Below the pieces are notes generated by a model. It had not been told where the DNA came from. It ran no database searches and saw only the letters and a program-made list of their open reading frames with translations. Position numbers and translations under genes: made by a program. Below are positions 38,728-46,100 of a stretch of DNA of 64,000 bases, piece after piece. The stretch lies in assembly GCA_964631015.1 (NCBI GenBank), contig CAZVXH010000002.1:36-64035 (forward strand), written 5' to 3'. Origin of the DNA: an uncultured Candidatus Cloacimonadota bacterium (lineage in GTDB: Bacteria; Cloacimonadota; Cloacimonadia; Cloacimonadales; Cloacimonadaceae). Each line of letters starts with the position of its first letter. Within the stretch, counting starts at the first letter, position 1.

Positions 38728-39981
38728 ATGAACCTCGACCTGAGAAACAAAAAACTGCTCGGGATCAATGGACTCGGCCGGATCGGCAAGCTGCTGCTCT
38801 GGAATCAGATCCATCTCCGCCATTTTGACGGGATCGTCGTCAATTGCGGCCGCGAAGTTGGTAAAACCCTGGATGACCTCATCCAGGTGCTCGAAACCGA
38901 CTCCACCTACGGCAGCATCCACAAATTCCTCTTCGGCATGGTCGGCCGCAAGGCCGCGATCCAGGTTTTGGATCCCGACAAGCCCCTGCTCTCCATCGAA
39001 GGCATACCGGTAAAAATTCTCCGCAGCGCCCGCGATCCCAAGGACATTAACTGGCTGAACGAAGGTGTGCGTGTCGTGGTGGATTGCACGGGCAGTTTCG
39101 TGGATCCGAACGCCACCCCTGAACAGGGCAAACCCTGTCTGCGCGGCCATTTGGAAGCCGGCGCGCTGAAAGTGATCTGCTCCGCCCCTTTCAAGAGCAA
39201 AACTGCCGGCGTCACCAGCCATGCGGACGCCCTCACCCTGATCTATGGGATCAACCACCTGAACTACAAGCCTTCCGAACATCACTTGATCTCAGCCGCC
39301 AGCTGTACCACCACCGGACTAGCCCATTTGGTGAAGCCCCTGCTGGAAAACGAGGCCACCGCCAACATCATGACCGCCTCCATGAGCACCATCCACGCGG
39401 CCACCAACACCCAGAGCATCCTGGATTCCGTGCCCAAGGCCGGCGCCACCGACCTGCGCAAAACCCGCAGCGTGCTTAACAACATCATCCTCTCCACCAC
39501 CGGCGCTGCCAAAGCCCTCGAACTCGTGCTGCCGCAGATCAAATCCGTGGGCTTCATGGCCGACTCCGTGCGCGTTCCCACTTCCACGGTTTCGCTGATC
39601 AACCTCAATGTGACCTTCCACACCGAACTTAACGATATGGGCCAGCCGCTGGTGAACCGCCGCCTCATCAACGAGATCTACAAACAGGCCGCGGAAGGCC
39701 CGCAAAAGGGATTGCTGGTCTATTCAGAACGTCAGAACGTCTCCGCCGACCTTATCGGAAGCATGGCCGCCGCCACCCTTGAGGCCCACGAAACTCACAC
39801 CCGCACCAGCTTCATACCCGTTCCCCGCCAGACTCTTGCCGCCCTGGGAGTGGAAGCCGGCCGCGAAGTGACCATGCCCGTAACCCACGCCAAGATCTTC
39901 GGCTGGTACGACAACGAACTCGGCTCCTACACCAACTCCCTTTCCCGCCTGGTGAACTATATCGAATCCAGCACGCCCTGA
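38728..39981 (+). CDS. gap: glyceraldehyde-3-phosphate dehydrogenase-like enzyme, atypically long (417 aa)
   Basis: 'GINGLGRIGK', catalytic 'SAASCTTTG' (Cys codon 39304-39306), 'STIHAATNTQ', 'ILSTTGAAKALELVLPQ', 'RVPTSTVSLINL'. AAGGAG RBS. Confidence 0.8.
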   Translation: MNLDLRNKKLLGINGLGRIGKLLLWNQIHLRHFDGIVVNCGREVGKTLDDLIQVLETDSTYGSIHKFLFGMVGRKAAIQVLDPDKPLLSIEGIPVKILRSARDPKDINWLNEGVRVVVDCTGSFVDPNATPEQGKPCLRGHLEAGALKVICSAPFKSKTAGVTSHADALTLIYGINHLNYKPSEHHLISAASCTTTGLAHLVKPLLENEATANIMTASMSTIHAATNTQSILDSVPKAGATDLRKTRSVLNNIILSTTGAAKALELVLPQIKSVGFMADSVRVPTSTVSLINLNVTFHTELNDMGQPLVNRRLINEIYKQAAEGPQKGLLVYSERQNVSADLIGSMAAATLEAHETHTRTSFIPVPRQTLAALGVEAGREVTMPVTHAKIFGWYDNELGSYTNSLSRLVNYIESSTP

Positions 39982-40009
39982 GCTTGGCCGTCTCTGTAAT
40001 ATGATCTCC

Positions 40010-40034
40010 GCCCCCGGTTTCGGGGGCTTTTTTA
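40010..40034 (+). terminator. intrinsic terminator after the gap-like gene
   Basis: GCCCCCG-GTTT-CGGGGGC followed by TTTTTTA. Confidence 0.75.
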
Positions 40035-40118
40035 TCTCCACCTTCTCCACTCACAAGTGATCAATGCTCTGTTTTCTCCGCTTGCCAATGCCTCCGTATC
40101 CGAAATCTCCCTGTTTTT

Positions 40119-40400
40119 AAAAACATTTGCTTTTCCCTTGCTTTTGCTCTGCTTTTCTCTGTGTTAAGAAGACCTCTGTGTCCTCCCCATCTCTGTGTCT
40201 CTGTGTTAAAAAAACCTCTCTGTTATCTCATGCCTCGGAATGAATTCCGGGCAGCCAACAGACTAAAGTCTATGTTACTCAAAACTCTGTCCCTCTGTCT
40301 CTCTGTTTTTAAAAAAAAACCTCTGCTTTTACTCCGCTTTTGCTCTGCTTTTCTCTGTGGTTTAAAAATCTCTGTGGTTTAAAAAACTCTGCTTTAAAAA
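40119..40400 (-). repeat. CACAGAG-rich element, inverted counterpart of 29118-29420
   Basis: Contains the reverse complement of the 29.1-kb sub-repeats ('GCTTTTGCTCTGCTTTTCTCTGTGTTAA..GACCTCTGTGTC.TCCCC.TCTCTGTGTCTCTGTGTTAAA'). It also contains the revcomp of the spacer ('CCTCTCTGTTATCTCATGCCTCGGAATGAATTCCGGGCAGCCAACA'). Confidence 0.85.
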
Positions 40401-42614
40401 TCTGCGCCGCAGCAGGTTGGCATTGCTCACCACGGTCACGGAACTCGTGGCCATGGCGATCTCCGCGATCACCGGATGCAGCGCTCCGAACACCGCGAGG
40501 GGGATGGCCACCAGATTGTAGAAGAAGGCCCAGAACAGGTTTTGCCGGATCTTTTTGAATGTTTCCACGGACAGCCGCACCGCCTGTGGGATCAGTTCCA
40601 GCTTGTCACGCAGGATGGTTATGTCCGCCGCTTCGATGGCTATGTCGGTACCCTGGCCCATGGCGATGCCGATATCGGCCAGTTTCAGCGCCGGAGCGTC
40701 GTTGATGCCGTCGCCCACCATGGCCACCGGACCGTATTCCGCGCGGAGTTCGCCTATGATCCTGGCTTTGTCGGCCGGCAGCGCCCGTGCCCGTATTTTG
40801 CTGATTCCGCACTGCGCGGCGATCGCGGCGGCGGTATCCTCGTTGTCCCCGCTCAGCATGATGCTCTCGATGCCCATGTCCCTGAGGGTGTTAACCACTG
40901 TGATCGCCTCCGGACGCACAGTGTCGGCCAGGTAAAACACGCCCAACACTTTGGCCTGATCTGCCATCCAGACCTTGCTGGCGTGTTTCAGCTCCGCCTC
41001 TTCCGGCAGTTCATCCAGACCGCTCACGCCCTCTTCCCGCAGCAGTGAACTGCTTCCCAGCCAGAGCTTGCGCTCTCCGAGAGTGGCGGAAACTCCCCGC
41101 CCGCTGTGGCTCATGAAATCAGTGGCTGGCAGGGCTGACAGCCCTTGTTCTCGCGCGGCGGCCACGATCGCTTTCGCCAGCGGATGCTCGCTGGCGGTTT
41201 CCAGGCTCAGCGCCAGACTCAGGGCTTCTGCATCCGGTATGCCAACCCCCTTGTATTTCAATAGCTTGGGTTTGCCGTGGGTGAGGGTGCCCGTTTTGTC
41301 GAACACCATCGCCCGGATGTCTTTCATCCCTTGCAGGGCTTCGCCGTTGCGGATCAGGATGCCGCGTTCGGCCCCCAGACCGCTACCCACCATCAAAGCC
41401 GTGGGTGTGGCCAGTCCCAGGGCGCAGGGACAGGCGATCACCAAAGTGGCGATGGCGGCCATCAGGGCGGCCGCGAGACCGGTTTTCGCGCTGCTGAGCG
41501 GGATCAGCAGACGCAGCCAGTTGCCCACGGAGAGCATCGTTTCAGGCCAGAGCAGCCAGGCCGCGAAGGTCAGAGCGGCCAGCACCAGCACCACCGGCAC
41601 GAACACTGCCGTAACTTTGTCCGCCAGCATTTGCACCGGCACCCGCGAATGCTGGGCGTCCTGCACCATCTTTACCACCTGAGCCAGGAAACTGTCCCGG
41701 CCAATCTTGTCCGCCCGGGCTTGAAAATATCCGTCCAGATTGACCGTGGCCCCCGTCACCCGGTCTCCGGCCTCTCGCCGCGCCGGCATCGATTCGCCCG
41801 TGACCATCGATTCATCGAGGTTCGCGGCTCCCTCCACGATCACGCCGTCCGCGGGAACCTTCGCTCCGGGCTTCACAATAAAAATGTCGCCCACCTTGAT
41901 CTTGTGGATGGCCACCTCGGTTTCAACTCCGTCTATCAGCAGCAGAGCGGTTTTCGCGCCCAGATTGAGCAGTTTGCGGATCGCTTCGGAGGCTTTGCCG
42001 CGCGCCCGGCTTTCCAGATAGCGCCCGGTGAGATGGAAGGCCAGGATCATGGCCGCGATGCCGCTGAAGTCGTGAGGATCGACGCCTTTCACCACCAGCG
42101 ACAGCGGCGTCACCAGCAAAGACGCCAGAGTGCCCAGGGCGATCAGCACATCCATGTTCGCGCTGCCGGAACGCACTGATTTGAAGGCTGATACGTATAC
42201 TCCCCGGGCGGGGAAGATCATCCCCAGCAGGGTGAGGCCAAAGATGAGCCAAACTCCCTCGTGATGCCAGCTGGGCATGGGTTTGACGAGCATAAGCGGA
42301 AACATCAGCGCCATGGCGATCAGCGCCACCGCCCAGATCCACCCCATCCTGGTCTTCGCGCCAAGCATGTTCTTGATCTGCGCGTCTTCTTCCAAAACAG
42401 GACTTTCCCGCACCGAGAAGCCCAACGCCGTGATCGCTTTGGTAAAATCCTCTTCGCGCACCAGCCGGTCGTCAAATTCGATCGCGGCCTCTTCCATGGC
42501 CAGGTTCACCTGAGCCGCGCTTACACCCTTCATTTTGGCCAAAGCCTTCTCCGTGCGCGCGCTGCAGGCGGCGCAGTGCATCCCGTCAATGCCCAGGTTT
42601 ATCTGTCTTTTCAT
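40362..42614 (-). CDS. copA: copper-translocating P1B-type ATPase
   Basis: HMA domain 'GMHCAACSARTEKAL', CPC motif 'ACPCALGLATP', 'DKTGTLT', 'GDGINDAPAL'. AGGAAG RBS. Confidence 0.95.
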   Translation of the reverse strand: MKRQINLGIDGMHCAACSARTEKALAKMKGVSAAQVNLAMEEAAIEFDDRLVREEDFTKAITALGFSVRESPVLEEDAQIKNMLGAKTRMGWIWAVALIAMALMFPLMLVKPMPSWHHEGVWLIFGLTLLGMIFPARGVYVSAFKSVRSGSANMDVLIALGTLASLLVTPLSLVVKGVDPHDFSGIAAMILAFHLTGRYLESRARGKASEAIRKLLNLGAKTALLLIDGVETEVAIHKIKVGDIFIVKPGAKVPADGVIVEGAANLDESMVTGESMPARREAGDRVTGATVNLDGYFQARADKIGRDSFLAQVVKMVQDAQHSRVPVQMLADKVTAVFVPVVLVLAALTFAAWLLWPETMLSVGNWLRLLIPLSSAKTGLAAALMAAIATLVIACPCALGLATPTALMVGSGLGAERGILIRNGEALQGMKDIRAMVFDKTGTLTHGKPKLLKYKGVGIPDAEALSLALSLETASEHPLAKAIVAAAREQGLSALPATDFMSHSGRGVSATLGERKLWLGSSSLLREEGVSGLDELPEEAELKHASKVWMADQAKVLGVFYLADTVRPEAITVVNTLRDMGIESIMLSGDNEDTAAAIAAQCGISKIRARALPADKARIIGELRAEYGPVAMVGDGINDAPALKLADIGIAMGQGTDIAIEAADITILRDKLELIPQAVRLSVETFKKIRQNLFWAFFYNLVAIPLAVFGALHPVIAEIAMATSSVTVVSNANLLRRRFLKQSFLNHRDF

Positions 42615-42788
42615 TTGCTTTACTTCCTGAATGTATATCTAAAAGATAGGATATTCGAATGACCGCTCTTGACAAGCGTAAACTTGCTCCGTGAGTTTGA
42701 GTTATACGGATATGTAAAATCGAGTTCACTGGAGCGAACTTAAATCGTCTCATTGCATATTATTACTAAGTATGTAGAAATTCGGCTC

Positions 42789-42875
42789 CCACGTGGCTCC
42801 CGTTCACAATACGGGATAAATACGGGATCAATACGGATGAAATCCGTATTGATCCCGTATTTATCCCGTAGTGAT
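42789..42875. repeat. palindromic element, copy 2 of 2
   Basis: CCCACGTGGCTCCCGTTCACAATACGGGATAAATACGGGATCAATACGGATGAAATCCGTATTGATCCCGTATTTATCCCGTAGTG. The core is identical to 26205-26269. Confidence 0.9.
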
Positions 42876-42977
42876 CGTGGGAAGGAAATGGGAAAAAAAA
42901 TTACTGGATTTTCAGGATATATTTACCCGATGCCTCATTTTCAAAGTTAAACCATTTCAGCCGGGTGATATTTTTTA

Positions 42978-43006
42978 TTGACAGAAAGCTGGACTCCTCA
43001 TACATA
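42978..43006 (+). promoter_or_regulatory. candidate sigma-70-like promoter TTGACA-17-TACATA for the S8 gene
   Basis: Near-consensus hexamers with exact 17-nt spacing, about 130 nt upstream of the ATG at 43139. Confidence 0.45.
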
Positions 43007-43138
43007 CACAAAACCGTGTCACAAATCTTTCTTACATAGTGTGGATCAAGTTTTATCCACTCGCTGAACTCGCGAAACCAGACCCGGGAATCAGTGAAAA
43101 CGCACAAAATACAAACCCATAAGGAGATAGAAAGGACC

Positions 43139-46100
43139 ATGAACAGAAGGAAGATCCTGCTGACCGTATTGCTTGTCATCTTTGGCACGCTCGGTTTGGC
43201 GGCCGCGCCGCGCTTTGGCGAACGGCCTTTCATCGACATTTATCAGGTTCCTGACAGCGCCATCGAACAGGGGCACATCAGGATCAAGCTCAGCGAGGAC
43301 CATTCCGCGCTGGCCCAAAGTTTTCAATATCAAAACGGCGCTCTGGCCAGCTTCGGCATCGAAGAACTGGACGCCCTCAACCTTCAGTACGGGATCAAGA
43401 AGATCAGCCCGGTTTTCGGCGACGTGAGCAAGAACCTCAAGTGGGGCTGGCGTCACGTGGAATGGGGCCTGCATCTTTGGTTTGAACTGGATTACGACAG
43501 CGCCGCGGACATCCGCGAGATCGTGCTGGCCTACCGCGGCCTGAAAACCAATGTGCAGTGGGCCGAGCCCGAATACAAGAAAACCCTGCTTTCCCTCAAC
43601 CAGGATGAGGTTTCCGCCCTCGCTGAAACCATCAGCCGCTGGACCCCGAACGACCCGCGTTACGGCGAACAGTGGCACTACAACAACACCGGCCAGACCA
43701 GCGGAACCATCGATGCCGACATCGACCTGCCCGAGGCCTGGGACATCGAGAAAGGCCATCCGGACGTGATCGTGGACGTGCAGGACGGAGGCTTCCAAAC
43801 CGACCATCCCGACCTCAACGGCAACCTCTGGAACAATCCCGGCGAAATTGCCGGCAACGGGATCGACGATGACGCCAATGGTTATATCGACGATATTTAT
43901 GGCTATAACTTTGTAAACAGCAACGCGACCATAGTGGGTCATTACCACGGCACCCACGTATCCGGCACGATCGCTGCCGAATCCAACAACTCCACCGGAG
44001 TGTCCGGCGTCGCCGGTGGTAATGGAACCACGCGCGGAGTCAGCCTGATGTCCACCCAGGTGTTCACAGATGCCTCGAGCGGTGGCTTTGAAACCGCTCC
44101 CGTCTACGGCGCGGACAACGGCGCCGCCATCTCCCAGAACAGCTGGGGCTATACCAGTGTGGGAGCCTATGATCAGGTGGTGCTGGACGCCATCGACTAT
44201 TTTAACGCCAACGGCGGCGGTGCCGTGATGAACGGCGGCATCACCATTTACGCGGCCGGAAACAGCGAGTCATCCGGCCAGTGGTATCCCGGCTGCTACA
44301 GCGGTGCCTTCGCCGTGGCCGCCACCACCCACAACGACACCAAAGCCTGGTACTCGAACTATGATACCTGGGTGGATGTCTCAGCCCCCGGCGGAGAAAC
44401 ATCTGTGACAGCGCAGGGCGTGCTGAGCACCTATACTGGAAGCGGTTATGACTTCCTGCAAGGTACTTCGATGGCCTGCCCCCACACCTCCGGCGTGGCC
44501 GCTCTGGTGCTTTCTTATGCCCACCGCAACGGCCGCACCCTCTCCAATACTGAATTGGCCAATATAATCCGGAATACCACCGACAACCACTACGCTGCGA
44601 ACCCAGGCTACATTGGGCAATTGGGTACCGGGCGCATCAATGCCTACCAGGCTTTGCTGGCCACCGATCCCACCCTGCCCTCGGTTACCATCACCGCGCC
44701 CATCAATGGTTCTGTGTACGATCTCAACAGCAGCATCACCATCACCGCCACCGCCACGGATACCGACGGCACGGTCACCGGCGTGGCCTTCTATATCGAC
44801 GATGTGCTGCAGATTACCGACACCTCCAGCCCCTACAGCTGGGTCTGGAATACCACCGGTTACAGCGGCGGATCGCACGTTATCAAAGCCATCGCCACGG
44901 ATAACGACAGCCACACCGCCACCAGCACGGTCACCGTCACCCTGCTGGCTCCTCCGGATGAAGGTTTTGAGACCGGCAACTTCTCCGCATTTGCCTGGAA
45001 CAACAGCAGCGCGATACCGTGGACGGTGCAGAGCGTGGATAAGTTCTCCGGCACCTATGCCGCCAAGAGCGGCGCCATAAGCTCCAGCGGCAGCACCACC
45101 CTCAGCCTGCCTGTGGTGGTTAGCAGCGCCGGAAACATCAGCTTCTGGTACAAGGTGTCCTCCGAATCCAGCTACGACTGGCTGCGCTTCTATGTGGACG
45201 ACGTACAGCAGGGCCAGTGGTCCGGCTCAGCGGGCTGGGCCGAAGCTTCCTATGCCGTTGGCTCAGGACCGCACACCTTGTCCTGGACCTATTCCAAAGA
45301 CGGCTCTGTGAATACCGGCAGCGACTGCGCCTGGCTGGACCACATCATCTTCCCCCCGATGGGTGCCTACTATGCCCCGCCGCGAAACCTGACCGCCACT
45401 TCCGGCAATGCCGTGGTAAATCTTGCCTGGCAGGCTCCCGCCTCCGGAACTCCCACCGGCTACCGGATCTACCGCGACGGCAACCTGCTCACCACAGTTA
45501 CCGGACTCACTTACACCGACAGCGCCGTGGTGAATGAAACCACCTATAGCTACTACGTAACCGCGGTCTACAGCGGAGGGGTTTCCGATCCCTCCAACAC
45601 CGTGACTGCCTTCCCCACCACCAATCCCCTTGCCACCATCATCATCGGCGAAGGCACGGGATCGCAGACCTACCCCATCGACCGCTATTACAACTATTCC
45701 GGCCATGAAGCCATCTACCTGGCCGATCAGATCGGCACCGCCTGCAACATCAAGTCCCTGGGCTTTTACAAGTCCAGCGGCGTTAATGTGGCCCCTATCG
45801 AGGCAGTGACCATCTACATGAAACACACCACTGAATCATCCCTGGCCACCGGCAATTACAGCACCACCGGCTACACCCAGGTCTTCAGCGGAAACTTCCC
45901 GAACACCGCGACCTCCGGCTGGATGGAGGTGGAGCTGAACAGCCTCTTCGCTTACAACGGAACTTCCAACCTGGCCATCCTGACCATCAAAGGCAACCAG
46001 GCCTATATATCCGATTATCCCTATTGGACCTACAGCACCACTACTGGCACCCAAGCCCGTCAGGCCCACAGCGACTCCGCCCAGCCCCTATCCCTGACAG

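Noticed and set aside
29118-40400. Composite transposon or genomic island bounded by the inverted CACAGAG elements
   Set aside because: The enclosed genes are core housekeeping genes (polA, the gap-like gene, PiT). There is no transposase, integrase, tRNA target or obvious compositional shift. The pair is reported only as a potential inversion substrate or repeat family.
42901-43239. 112-aa minus-strand ORF in the copA/S8 intergenic region
   Set aside because: It overlaps the S8 promoter, 5'UTR and start. It has no RBS and no recognisable domain.
43091-43957. 288-aa minus-strand ORF overlapping the start of the S8 gene, plus similar antisense ORFs at 50655-51794, 52875-53882 and 54168-55196
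   Set aside because: Same antisense artefact pattern. The sense-strand proteins have clear catalytic motifs and a clear domain structure.
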